Source: Eledone cirrhosa
Lineage: Eukaryota
NCBI GenBank assembly: GCA_964016885.1
Contig: OZ024740.1
Coordinates: 99,200,001 to 99,264,000 of the forward strand
Length of the DNA: 64,000 nt
Direction of reading: 5' to 3'
The position numbers were made by a program, and so were the translations under genes. Positions within the stretch are counted from its first letter, which is position 1; each line of letters starts with the position of its first letter. Shown here in pieces: positions 1 to 12,000 of this stretch. The notes under the pieces are model-generated. The model ran no database searches and was not told the DNA's origin. It saw only the letters and a list, made by a program, of their open reading frames with translations.

Positions 1-137
1 CAGGTTTTGTTTTTAGTCCTGCAGGATGTCCAAAGTCACCCTCCTCACCAAGAAACCTTGGTGGGGTTGCAAGTTTAGTCGCCAACGACCCGACCATGGG
101 ACAGGTTGTACTGGGATACATGTTACCAGTAGCACCA
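1..137 (-). repeat. Direct-repeat copy of 612-747; probable RTE-type LINE 5'-UTR fragment
   Basis: 1-137 is near-identical to 612-747 (caggttttgtttttagt...gttaccagtagcacca). A related piece lies at 14485-14533 in the opposite orientation. Confidence 0.6.
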
Positions 138-319
138 TACATACAAGCATACATGGTGGCTGCCAACTTGTTTTCGAGTACGGCCACTACTTTATATCCA
201 TGTAGGAGAACCCCTACGGATGCGCTGAACGAGTGTGACTTTTTAGTTCAGCCAGCGATTTGAAAACTCTGGTACAAACACTACACTTGTGACAATCATT
301 GACACATAGTGCTGGGCCC

Positions 320-760
320 ATGGTACCATGTGACGACAAGTGCAGAGAGATCTCCAGATATAAAGCCATGCCCGTGCCGTGAAGCTTTTATAGTGAGCAA
401 AGGCACTTCACAAAGCCAGTCCCACTCTCTTAACCAAGATGATATTTACCAAAAAGAAGAACAAGTCAACATCATTGGATACCATCAGAGTTGCAGGTGT
501 TATATCAGAGTTTTCCTTCTCCTAGAATTCTGCCTTGAGAAAGGCTAAGGGGTCATCTCTCCCTGTGATTTTGGATGGCCATTGAAACTTAAGAGCTCCT
601 TTGCCCTTTGACAGGTTTTGTTTTTAGTACTGCAGGATCTCCAAAGTCACCCTCCTCACCAAGAAACCTTGGTAGGGTTGCCAGTTTAGTCGCCAACGAC
701 CCGGCCATGATACAGGTTGTACTGGGATACATGTTACCAGTAGCACCAACTGGTGACCTG
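320..760 (-). mobile_element. Probable RTE-clade LINE 5'-UTR remnant
   Basis: Minus strand reads ttagcctttctcaaggcagaattctaggagaaggaaaactctga, resembling the conserved RTE 5'-UTR block as I recall it. A homologous segment lies at about 14090-14295. Confidence 0.45.
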
Positions 761-777
761 ACATAATATATATATAT

Positions 778-811
<34 letters not shown>

Positions 812-966
812 CATACAGGTACACATACATATATGTACGTATCAGTTTAGCGGACGCTTATTATAACGCCCGCTTTGTTCGTTTGTAAACAAACTGAACA
901 GCCTGAATTTATGCCGTACGGTGTTAAGGCAACCACGTCACCTTTTTGTTCAACACTGACACAGGA

Positions 967-1009
967 ACGATGTACTTGTTTCAAGCTTGTTAGCTATCGT
1001 CAGCACCGT
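967..1009 (-). ncRNA. Minimal type-I hammerhead ribozyme
   Basis: Minus strand: ACGGUG CUGACGA UAGCU AACA AGCUU GAAA CAAG UA CAUCGU. 6-bp stem I and GUA cleavage triplet. Confidence 0.8.
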
Positions 1010-1242
1010 ATACCCTTCTGCCAGATGGTTGAACGTTCGAAAGTATATACTTTCCTTATGAAAATTAACGGCTGAGCAGCCTAATTTGCATATCGAGTGA
1101 GTTCGGTCAGGCGTACCGAGAACGATAAGTTGTAATAAAATGAAAATGAAAATTTCATTTCTCACTCTTAGTACGGCACTTACTTAAATGTAAGTATGTA
1201 TGTATACGTACATACATATATGTATACAGACGTACAGTAGCA

Positions 1243-1336
<94 letters not shown>

Positions 1337-1487
1337 CAGGTACACATACATATATGTACGTATCAGTTTAGCGGACGCTTATTATAACGCCCGCTATGTT
1401 CGTTTGTAAACAAACTGAACAGCCTGAATTTATGCCGTACGGTGTTAAGGCAACCACGTCACCTTTTTGTTCAACACTGACACAGGA

Positions 1488-1530
1488 ACGATGTACTAGT
1501 TTCAAGCTTGTTAGCTATCATCAGCACCGT
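1488..1530 (-). ncRNA. Minimal type-I hammerhead ribozyme
   Basis: Minus strand: ACGGUG CUGAUGA UAGCU AACA AGCUU GAAA CUAG UA CAUCGU. Palindromic ACUAGU stem III. Confidence 0.87.
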
Positions 1531-1812
1531 ATACCCTTCTGCCAGATGGTTGAACGTTCGAAAGTATATACTTTCCTTATGAAAATTGACGGCTGAGCAG
1601 CCTAATTTGCATATCGAGTGAGTTCGGTCAGGCGTACCGAGAACGATAAGTTGTAATAAAATGAAAACGAAAATTTCATTTCGGTACGCCGAAAATTTCA
1701 TTTCGGCTCGCCTGACCGAACTCACTCGATACGCAAATTAGGCTGCTCAGCCGTTAATTTTCATAAGGAAAGTATATACTTTCGAACGTTCAACCATCTG
1801 GCAGAAGGGTAT

Positions 1813-1855
1813 ACGGTGCTGATGATAGCTAACAAGCTTGAAACTAGTACATCGT
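1813..1855 (+). ncRNA. Minimal type-I hammerhead ribozyme
   Basis: acggtg CTGATGA tagct aaca agctt GAAA ctag TA catcgt read directly on the plus strand. Confidence 0.87.
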
Positions 1856-2014
1856 TCCTGTGTCAGTGTTGAACAAAAAGGTGACGTGGTTGCCTTAACA
1901 CCGTACGACATAAATTCAGGCTGTTCAGTTTGTTTACAAACGAACAAAGCGGGCGTTATAATAAGCGTCCGCTAAACTGATACGTACATATATGTATGTG
2001 TACCTGTATGTATA

Positions 2015-2094
<80 letters not shown>

Positions 2095-2206
2095 TGCTAC
2101 TGCACGTCTGTATACATATATGTACGTTTACATACATATTTACATTTAAGTAAGTGCCGTACTAAGAGTTTGAAATGAAATTTTCGTTTTCATTTTATTA
2201 CAACTT

Positions 2207-2262
2207 ATATATATATACATATATACATATATATACATATATATATATATACATATATTTAC

Positions 2263-2307
<45 letters not shown>
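2207..2307. repeat. (TA)n/(TACA) microsatellite
   Basis: Direct reading. One of many (TA)n tracts; others at about 765-810, 1246-1332, 14540-14738, 18497-18578, 28745-28885, 36578-36642, 39465-39550 and 43469-43552. Confidence 0.95.
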
Positions 2308-2308
<1 letters not shown>

Positions 2309-2420
2309 CGAAGGAGGTGTTGTAAGGAACCAGGTGCACCTTAACGCTCCAGAGTACTAAATACTTAGGGTAGTAGAGTGGGTAATAGGAAAATGTTTAA
2401 CCCCGATGGCAGAGCTCGAG
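2308..2420. repeat. Dispersed non-coding repeat family C (follows a TA tract)
   Basis: aacgaaggaggtgttgtaaggaaccagg...agagtactaaatacttagggtagtagagtgggtaataggaa recurs at 22509-22625 and 30487-30597. Confidence 0.85.
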
Positions 2421-2750
2421 AATAGAACATTTACAAAAATACCCAGATGAGATCCACAATATTCGTATGACAGACATAGCATTACTGGCAGAGTTTACCA
2501 AAGACCATACACTAAATATTTATGGGAACAACAGTTTTCTACAGCTCCCACCGATATTTGCTATATACAAAAAGATAAATCCAATCGAGTGTAAAACTGA
2601 CCTGGAAAAGTGTTTCACAAAAATATGTTGGAATGAGAAAATAAACAACAACAAAAATAACATAGAAGTAATATAAACAATAACTCGGTGTATAGAAATA
2701 ACAGCTAGTATAGTAATAGTCATAACAATAACAATAGCAGGAGAGTGAGA
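2421..2750 (+). pseudogene. N-terminal fragment of the Naiad-like PLE ORF that resumes at 9806
   Basis: FLQLPPIFAIYKKINPIECKTDLEKCFTKICWNE resembles the PLE N-terminal LxLxPKFA...ExxxxKxRW motif. It runs into Asn-rich AAT/AAC codons that resume after the LINE array. Confidence 0.65.
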
Positions 2751-2751
2751 A

Positions 2752-2755
<4 letters not shown>

Positions 2756-2810
<55 letters not shown>
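2756..2810. repeat. (AAT)n microsatellite, LINE target
   Basis: Perfect AAT run abutting the 5'-truncated LINE. Further AAT/AAC runs at 4709-4743, 5227-5259 and 9806-9824. Confidence 0.95.
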
Positions 2811-2811
<1 letters not shown>

Positions 2812-4708
2812 GTACAAAGGACCAGTTGCTTATTGATAAGATGGTAATGGGGAATTGCAGGAGGAGACACACTGATCTTGCCATGGGATGGATAGACTAC
2901 AGAAAGGCATTTGACATGGTGCCTCATTCCTGGATCACCAAAAGCCTGGAGGTCTTCAGGGTGGCAGATAACATCAGACAGTTGCTGGGCAGGAGTATGG
3001 GGTCCTGGGAGACAGAGTTGACATCAACTGGAGTATCCTTGGGAAGCGTGAAGATCAAGAGAGGTATCTTCCAGGGAGATAGCCTGTCCCCTCTGTTGTT
3101 TGTCCTTGCCCTGATGCCCTTGACCATTATGCTGCGAAAAGTGAGAGCAGGATACAAGTTGGGAAGGGGAGAGCTTACCATCAATCACCTCCTCTTCATG
3201 GACGATCTTAAGCTCTTCGGGAAAAGTGAGAAGGAGTTGGATGTGCTTGTTGACACTGTCCGTATTTTCAGCAGTGATATATGTATGCAGTTTGGTATTG
3301 GTAAATGTGGAGTCATTGTGATGAAGAGGGGTAGGTTGAGCAGAAGTAACGGGATCCAGATACCAACAGGTGAGATGATAAAGGAAATTGACTCTGAGGA
3401 AGGATACAAGTATTTGGGCGTTCTGGAGGCTGATGGCATAAAGAACAAAAAAATGAAGGAATTGTTAAGAACTGAATACGTTCGGAGAGTAAGGAGCGTA
3501 TTGAAGTCACATCTGAACAGCAGAAATGCCATAAGCGCAGTAAATTCCCGAGCTGTGTCTATTATTAGGTACAGTGCGGGAATTCTGAGATGGAATGTTG
3601 CTGAACAAAAAGAAATGGATAGGAAGACTAGGAAGCTATTGACTATCTACAACATGTTCCACAAGAGGAGTGATGTCGATAGACTCTACCTAAGGAGATC
3701 TGAGGGTGGAAGAGGTCTTATCAGCATAGAGGACTGTGTTCAGATGGAGAAAAACAACCTATACAAATACGTGACCTATAGTAAGGAGCCAATGCTCAGA
3801 ACTGTACTGAAGGAGGGGACAGTAGGCCAGGGGATGTCCAAGGAGGAAATAACATCAAGGAGGAAGAGCAGCCTTAAGGGAAAATCCCTTCATAGTACCT
3901 TCTTTGAGAAAACTGAATTTAGAGATCCACAGACATGGAACTGGTTGAGAAGAGGAGACCTCAAAAAGGCTACAGAAGGAATGCTAATGGCTGCGCAGGA
4001 GCAGGCCCTCAAAACGAAGTGGTTGAAGCACCATATCTACAAGGAGGAGGCTAGCCCACTGTGCAGGATCTGTGGAGAGAGAGAGGAGACTGTGGCTCAC
4101 ATTGTGTCCGAGTGTAAACACCTAGCCCAGACCCACTATAAGGGCTGGAGACACGATGTGATGGGCAGGGTGATCCACTGGCACCTGTGCAAAGTAAACA
4201 ATCTACCACATTCTGAGAAATGGTATGAGCATAGGCCAGAGGCGGTGATGGAGAACAGTCAGGTGAAGGTGCTGTGGGATTTTAGGATACAGACGGACAA
4301 AAAACTGGAACACAATAGACCTGACCTGGTGGTTGTGGACAAAGAAAAAAGATCGTGCCTGATTGTGGATGTGGCCTGCCCGTTCGACACGAGAGTGCAA
4401 GAGAAGGAGAGGGAGAAAATTAACCGATACCAGGACCTAAAGTGGGAGGTGAAAAGGATTTGGAACTGCCATGAAGTCAAAGTGATCCCGATTGTCATAG
4501 GCGCACTGGGGACTATCTCCAAAGGTTTCCAGGGATGGTTAAAGAAAATCGGCCCCTTCACGCTTTTTGGAACGCTTCAAAAGGCATGCTTGCTTGGAAC
4601 AGCAAGAACCCTCCGATACGTCCTGAATATCTGAGGCTGCAGGTAGTGGCTTGATATTCAATCCAACGGACTTTCCAGTTAACCAACATCAATGACTGAG
4701 ATTCAAGG
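2811..4708 (+). mobile_element. R4/Dong-type RT-RLE non-LTR retrotransposon, 5'-truncated copy 1 (open ORF to 4634)
   Basis: RT motifs IDYRKAFD, GIFQGDSLSP, LFMDD; CCHC finger CRICG...HIVSEC; RHD; RLE motifs RPDLV, DVACPFD, EKINRY. 3' UTR ends gagattcaagg followed by (AAT)n. Confidence 0.95.
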
Positions 4709-4742
4709 AATAACAATAACAATAATAATAATAATAATAATA

Positions 4743-5226
4743 ATGAGCATAGGCCAGAGGCGGTGATGGAGAACAATCAGGTGAAGGTGCTGTGGGATTT
4801 TAGGATACAGACGGACAAAAAACTGGAACACAATAGACCTGACCTGGTGGTTGTGGACAAAGAAAAAAGATCGTGTCTGATTGTGGATGTGGCCTGCCCA
4901 TTCGACACGAGAGTGCAAGAGAAGGAGAGGGAGAAAATTAACCGATACCAGGACCTAAAGTGGGAGGTGAAAAGGATTTGGAACTGCCATGAAGTCTAAG
5001 TGATCCCGATTGTCATAGGCGCACTGGGGACTATCTCCAAAAGTTTCCAGGGATGGTTAAAGAAAATCGGCCCCTTCACGCTTTTTGGAACGCTTCAAAA
5101 GGCATGCTTGCTTGGAACAGCAAGAACCCTCCGATACGTCCTGAATATCTGAGGCTGCAGGTAGTGGCTTGATATTCATTCCAACGGACTTTCCAGTTAA
5201 CCAACATCAATGACTGAGATTCAAGG
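4743..5226 (+). mobile_element. R4/Dong-type LINE, heavily 5'-truncated copy 2
   Basis: Near-identical to 4224-4708. Nonsense change aaa>taa at 4997. Same 3' end, flanked by (AAT)n. Confidence 0.95.
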
Positions 5227-6159
5227 AATAACAACAACAATAATAACAATAATAATAATTAGGGAAGAAGATTAGGGAAGAAGACGCACGAGGTGACGGA
5301 GGTCATGAAATCGCTCCCGTAAGTTTTGAATTTTTAACATATTTAAATCATTTGTGAAATAACAACTCTTAGTACAAATGCTACGTAAAGCACCCGGCTT
5401 GAGCCCCAAAAAATTCGGACCCAAAATATATTGTTATAAGGCTCAAATATTCAAATATTCAACTTTGTATTGTACACTGTATATCCAAAAAAAAAATGGC
5501 TACAAATGGAAGAAGAAGAACCCCCCCCCTCCTCTCCTCTGGCTACACTATATAGGACAGCTAAACTCACCAACACCAGAAACTAGATACACCACCCACC
5601 CCATCATCTGTGTACACTAAACACAACAGCATTTTCACCTTCACCGCCACCGCTCACTACGGCCATCATTACCACCACTATCCCATCACCGCCGCCACCA
5701 CCCCTTGACTCCTTCACTGCTGCTGCCACCGCTACAGCACCATCACTACAGTAATACGGTCGCATCACCGCCACCACTGCCTCGGTATCGACATCACCAC
5801 CACCACTGTCTCAGTATCGCCAACGCCGCCAGTCTCCGCTGGCTGCCACTTCCACATTATAGAATTCCTACTACTAACAAAGAGGAAGGCATCAAAATAT
5901 ATAGATAGACTCAAAAGAAAAAAGAAAAAACAAACAACAAAACCAAAGCAGCACAGCAACAACAGCAAAAAACGAGAAAAACAAACAGAGAAAAACAAAA
6001 ACAAAAAAAGAAACCCCCAAAACGTAAAGAAAATAAGAATGAAGAGAGAAGCAGGCGGACGGACAGAGAAGAGGGGGGAAAAAGTAAAACTTAAAAAACA
6101 AAAACTAAGTCAGACATTCGAATACTACATTACAATGAAACTTATGCTTATTCATTTTT

Positions 6160-9100
6160 GGGGCCCTTTCTGCCCGTGTGTTTGTTTGTTTATGTGTGTT
6201 CGTATACAGCGTGGTGATAATGCCACACAAGGGCCAAGTGGAATGGCGGATCCACAGATGGCTATGTAAACATACATTCGCCAATCCTCGATAAGAGTGT
6301 TTAAATATCGAACATAAACAGTTCGAATAACGGTGAAATGGAGACTAGAACGTCATGTGACAGACTCTCACCCAACAGGTGCCCCCTGGCTCAGCAGCAG
6401 GAACCTGACTGTCAACCAAATACTGCTGATGTTGGAGGAAGAAGAAGAAGGAAAGGGGCCAGAACCAACTGGACGAAAGAATTGAATAGAACTGTTATGC
6501 AATGCTACCTGAAAAGTAACCCCAAGGAGAGGGGCTACAGGAGACGGATGCATAACATCTGGAACGAGATTGGTTTATTTAAATTAGATGAACAAAAATT
6601 GGCCGGGCAGGCTCGGGTAATAAGAACTAATGGGTGGATAAGCGAGCTGGAACTGGAGGAACTGAGCAGAGAGAATGGCTTGGAGATGGCGGGTGTAGTA
6701 TGCCAGACAAGCGAGCCGGCGGGAAATGAAGGTGAGAAGGTCCTGAGAACGGAGGAACCACCCGAAGCAGACAATGATCTGAATACTGAGATAAATAATA
6801 CCTGGAACAGAGATACGGCCACTGAGGAGATGAATGCTGACGGGCTAGGACAAGATTCGGTTGACATCCTAAATTTAGTGGTAGATGAGTTGAACAATGA
6901 TAGTGGGAGACCTATGAACCTAAGATTTGTAGACAGGAAAAAGTTAAAAGAAACAACAGCTAAGGTAAACAAAGTCATCCCATACCTTGAGGCGAGGAGT
7001 CTTCACCAGTGCAACAATATCCTCAAAGCAACAGCAAATACGGTGAGGAAACTACTTGGTATAAAAGCGAGAGGAAACAACAGACAAGAAAGAGCAGAGC
7101 CGTGGTGGAAGAAGCGACTGAGTGGGCAAATCGGGGAAATGAGAAATGACATAGGAAAGCTTGAGTCACTACTGAATGGGACACTAAAAAACATAGGCAC
7201 TAAAAATAGACTGGAAATAAAATACAAAACTAGGAGTAAAAAGCTAAATATTATCATAGAGGAATTGAAGCAACGCATTGTAGCAAAGAGTGCCAAAATC
7301 AGGCGATACGAGAACAGAGTCAGTCAGTATAAACAGAACCGCATGTTCGACAACAACCAGAAGATGCTGTTTGGACAGCTTGAGGGGAAAGAAAGAGGCA
7401 ACGACTTGATCCCTGGGGCGGAACAAGCTAAAACATTCTGGAGAGGAATATGGGAGCAGGATGTTAGACACAATGCCCAGGCAGGGTGGATTGAGACAGT
7501 ACAGAGGGAGATCGGTGAGCAGGCACAACAACAGACTGATTTGAGTATCACAGTTGAAACTCTTAAGGGGCAAGCCAAAAAACTAACCAACTGGAAATCA
7601 CCAGGCCCAGATGGTGTGCAGGGGTATTGATTAAACATTTAACATCCCTCCACCCGAAGCTGACGGCCATGTTCAATGACTGCTTGGTGTCGGGTGAGGT
7701 GCCAGAGTGGTTGACAAAAGGTACCACAGTTCTGATAATGAAAGACCGAATCAAGGGTAATGATGTTACCAACTATAGACCTATCACATGTCTGCCCGTA
7801 ATGTGGAAACTGTTGACGAGCATTGTGTCTGAGGAAATCTACCATCACCTCCACACAAACAACTTGTTACCGGACGAACAGAAAGGATGCCGAAAGAAGT
7901 CACGTGGTACAAAGGACCAGTTGCTTATTGATAAGATGGTAATGGGGAATTGCAGGAGGAGACACACTGATCTTGCCATGGGATGGATAGACTACAGAAA
8001 GGCATTTGACATGGTGCCTCATTCCTGGATCACCAAAAGCCTGGAGATCTTCAGGGTGGCAGATAACATCAGACAGTTGCTGGGCAGGAGTATGGGGTCC
8101 TGGGAGACAGAGTTGACATCAACTGGAGTATCCCTGGGAAGCGTGAAGATCAAGAGAGGTATCTTCCAGGGAGATAGCCTGTCCCCTCTGTTGTTTGTCC
8201 TTGCCCTGATGCCCTTGACCATTATGCTGCGAAAAGTGAGAGCAGGATACAAGTTGGGAAGGGGAGAGCTTACCATCAATCACCTCCTCTTCATGGACGA
8301 TCTTAAGCTCTTCGGGAAAAGTGAGAAGGAGTTGGATGTGCTTGTTGACACTGTCCGTATTTTCAGCAGTGATATATGTATGCAGTTTGGTATTGGTAAA
8401 TGTGGAGTCATTGTGATGAAGAGGGGTAGGTTGAGCAGAAGTAACGGGATCCAGATACCAACAGGTGAGATGATAAAGGAAATTGACTCTGAGGAAGGAT
8501 ACAAGTATTTGGGCGTTCTGGAGGCTGATGGCATAAAGAACAAAAAAATGAAGGAATTGTTAAGAACTGAATACATTCGGAGAGTAAGGAGCGTATTGAA
8601 GTCACATCTGAACAGCAGAAATGCCATAAGCGCAGTAAATTCCCGAGCTGTGTCTATTATTAGGTACAGTGCGGGAATTCTGAGATGGAATGTTGCTGAA
8701 CAAAAAGAAATGGATAGGAAGACTAGGAAGCTATTGACTATCTACAACATGTTCCACAAGAGGAGTGATGTCGATAGACTCTACCTAAGGAGATCTGAGG
8801 GTGGAAGAGGTCTTATCAGCATAGAGGACTGTGTTCAGATGGAGAAAAACAACCTATACAAATACGTGACCTATAGTAAGGAGCCAATGCTCAGAGCTGT
8901 ACTGAAGGAGGGGACAGTAGGCCAGGGGATATCCAAGGAGGAAATAACATCAAGGAGGAAGAGCAGCCTTAAGGGAAAATCCCTTCATAGTACCTTCTTT
9001 GAGAAAACTGAAGTTAGAGATCCACAGACATGGAACTGGTTGAGAAGAGGAGACCTCAAAAAGGCTACAGAAGGAATGCTAATGGCTGCGCAGGAGCAGG

Positions 9101-9805
9101 CCCTCAAAACGAAGTGGTTGAAGCACCATATCTACAAGGAGGAGGCTAGCCCACTGTGCAGGATCTGTGGAAAGAGAGAGAGGAGACTGTGGCTCACATT
9201 GTGTCCGAGTGTAAACACCTAGCCCAGACCCACTATAAGGGCTGGAGACACGATGTGATGGGCGGGGTGATCCACTGGCACCTGTGCAAAGTAAACAATC
9301 TACCACATTCTGAGAAATGGTATGAGCATAGGCCAGAGGCGGTGATGGAGAACAGTCAGGTGAAGGTGCTGTGGGATTTTAGGATACAGACGGACAAAAA
9401 ACTGGAACACAATAGACCTGACCTGGTGGTTGTGGACAAAGAAAAAAGATCGTGCCTGATTGTGGATGTGGCCTGCCCGTTCGACACGAGAGTGCAAGAG
9501 AAGGAGAGGGAGAAAATTAACCGATACCCGGACCTAAAGTGGGAGGTGAAAAGGATTTGGAACTGCCATGAAGTCAAAGTGATCCCGATTGTCATAGGCG
9601 CACTGGGGACGATCTCCAAAGGTTTCCAGGGATGGTTAAAGAAAATCGGCCCCTTCACGCTTTTTGGAACGCTTCAAAAGGCATGCTTGCTTGGAACAGC
9701 CAGAACCCTCCGATACGTCCTGAATATCTGAGGCTGCAGGTAGTGGCTTGATATTCAATCCAACGGACTTTCCAGTTAACCAACATCAATGACTGAGATT
9801 CAAGG
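6160..9805 (+). mobile_element. R4/Dong-type LINE, apparently full-length copy 3 (5' boundary uncertain, may start at 5260)
   Basis: Single long ORF 6338-9731 with N-terminal domain, RT, CCHC finger and RLE. Near-identical to copy 1 over the shared region, with the same 3' UTR. Confidence 0.93.
6338..9731 (+). pseudogene. RT-RLE polyprotein with one nonsense codon and one frameshift
   Basis: SPGPDGVQGY*LKHL: TGA at 7628 falls where W is expected. A 2-nt insertion at about 9171 (tgtggAAagagag versus tgtggagagag in copy 1) shifts the frame. Confidence 0.9.
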
Positions 9806-12000
9806 AATAATAATAATAATAATATTAACGATAGACAGAACAACAACAACAACAACAACAAATACAAGAAACATAATAATAAAAGTATAAACCACAATGT
9901 TAGAAATAACAGTAACAACACCAATAACAATAAAGAAAACCAGAACAATATATCTAACAATCATAACAACAATACATCTAGCAGTCATAACAATAATAAT
10001 AATGTTAATGGAAGGAACAACAACAACCATAATAATAATAATAGCAACACACACAACTATGACAATAGATATAATGACAACCCCTTAGAAAAACTATTCT
10101 TCAACCCAGCTGACAAATCTTATAAGATGAGTAAAATGTATCCTACTATGTTACCTTTTAATAAAAGGGTTTGTATACCACAACAAATAGATGACGAGAC
10201 AGAAGCACAGTTCACCATAGCTAGAAATAAGATTAGACAAATATTAGACCGATATACTAAGAGACAAAGCAGACCAGAGGTCCAACAACTTGGAAGGAAA
10301 CCTCTAGAAGGCCTACTTAGCCTCAAGCAACGCACAAGGGATGGTGAGGTAGTGTGTCTACCCACAAATAAATTTGGTAGGATGTCGATAGACAGCATGC
10401 CGAACTACACCAAGGCTATGCAACCCCATATCACAAACACGGGCGAAATTACACAACAAATACATGAGGGGAGAGAGAAGATCCTCAACGTTCACATGAT
10501 GATGTGGACCGACATCCTAAAGCCAAGCAGACGCACTGCCAACAACTTCCAGGCGTCTAACAATGACATACCACCCTTGTATGGGCTCCGCAAAGACCAT
10601 AAGACAGTCGACGACCCGACAACAGGACCACCAACAAGACCTCTATACGGAGCCAATATCGCTAGCAACTACAGGATCTCCTACTTTCTCTCAATGGTTA
10701 TACACCCCTTAATCAAGATGTCCCCAGATGTATGTGACAGTACAGAGGACCTCCTCAGCATAATCAATGAGTGCAACAAAAATAAAAACCTATCTAACTG
10801 CATAATAGGCAGTATGGACGTGGTATCACTGTACCCATACATTAACATTGATTTTGCTGTGAAAAAATGTGTGGAGATAATCAGTGAGAGTGAGGTGGAG
10901 TTCTGCGACGTCGACACAGATGAACTGGGCCTCCTACTTAGACTTACCTATGACACCGAGTACCTAGACAGTCATGACCTTAGCCGTTTCTGTCCTAGTA
11001 GACCCATAAGAGGTAGACCCCCCTCCATAACTTCAATGGCAAAAAAGACTCCCATGGGAAGGTGGATTGGGTGGACCAAAGCCATACGGACACCCCAAAA
11101 CAATGATCAGATGAGAAAAATGGTCGCGCATGCAATAAGGGCTAGTATTGAAACTACTCTAAAGGGTCATATATTCAAATTCAACGAAAAGATCTACACC
11201 CAAAATGAGGGAGCAGCCATTGGCATAGCTGGTGATGTTGCCAACATTTTTTATGGTATGGTGGGAAAGGAGACTCAAAGATCTCCTTGAAGAGAGCTCC
11301 ATTGACTTCATCATGTACTCTCGTTATGTAGACAATATTAATATAGTAATAAGGACACCCCCACAAGAGAGTACTAATGAATATGATTTAGAATATAGCA
11401 CAATGGAAAGCATCTAGCAGATAGCTAATTCCATACACCAGAGTATAACTGTAACTATTGACTACCCTTCAAAACACCCTAATAATAGGCTACCTGTATT
11501 AGACACGGAACTCTGGATTAACACTATAGATGAGAGAGCCCAAATTCTCCACTCACACTATGCTAAACCCATGGCCTCCAAATACCTGATACTCAAAAAC
11601 TCAGCAATGTCCAGTAGTGCTATGTTTAATATTCTGATCGCAGACTTGGTACGAGTGATGAAGCATGTGTCATACATGTGCGACCCAACAGAAATGGAAA
11701 GACACAACCAACACTTCATCCGCCTCATGCAGTTCTGGCTACAACCAAAGAGACAGAATCAGAGTATACAAAGGAGTCATGGAGAAGTATAAGACCTTCA
11801 TAGAACTGGACATGAAAGGAATTTGCCCATTTTATAGGAGCAAATCATGGAATAGCTTAGATAGGGAAAGCCACCTCTTGGTACGACAACCAGAGATACC
11901 AGAGTGTCATGTTCGTGGATGCTACCCCTGGAGGGAAATTAGTTAACCAATGTAGAAAGGCCCCGAGAAAGACCCACTTAATGATTAAAGTGGTAGAAAA

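Larger units (their letters stand above)
811..2208. repeat. 521-bp tandem repeat plus inverted copy (palindrome), PLE pseudo-LTR/retrozyme-like
   Basis: Unit starts at 811 and 1332 (period 521). 1709-2208 is the reverse complement of 1125-1634. Each unit contains a (TA)n tract and one hammerhead motif. Confidence 0.93.

Noticed and set aside
640-760. HDV-like ribozyme in the RTE-like 5' UTR (minus strand GGUCACC/GGUGACU helix)
   Set aside because: No P3/L3 or P1.1 GG in the required positions.
624-2360. ORFs rich in YI/IY and the repeated 66-aa [12 protein letters not shown]
   Set aside because: They arise from (TA)n tracts and the non-coding 521-bp repeat, and have no recognisable domain. 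The same applies to YIYI and THTH ORFs throughout the window.
2745-2810. Poly-Asn N-terminus of the 629-aa ORF as a real fusion protein
   Set aside because: Chance in-frame read-through of the (AAT)n target into a 5'-truncated LINE, with a GTG start.
5258-5280. TTAGGG telomeric seeds
   Set aside because: Only two separated hexamers inside a 14-bp duplication, not an array.
7628-7630. In-frame TGA as selenocysteine or programmed readthrough
   Set aside because: It falls at an expected Trp codon (TGG>TGA), and the copy also has a frameshift. Simple decay is more likely.
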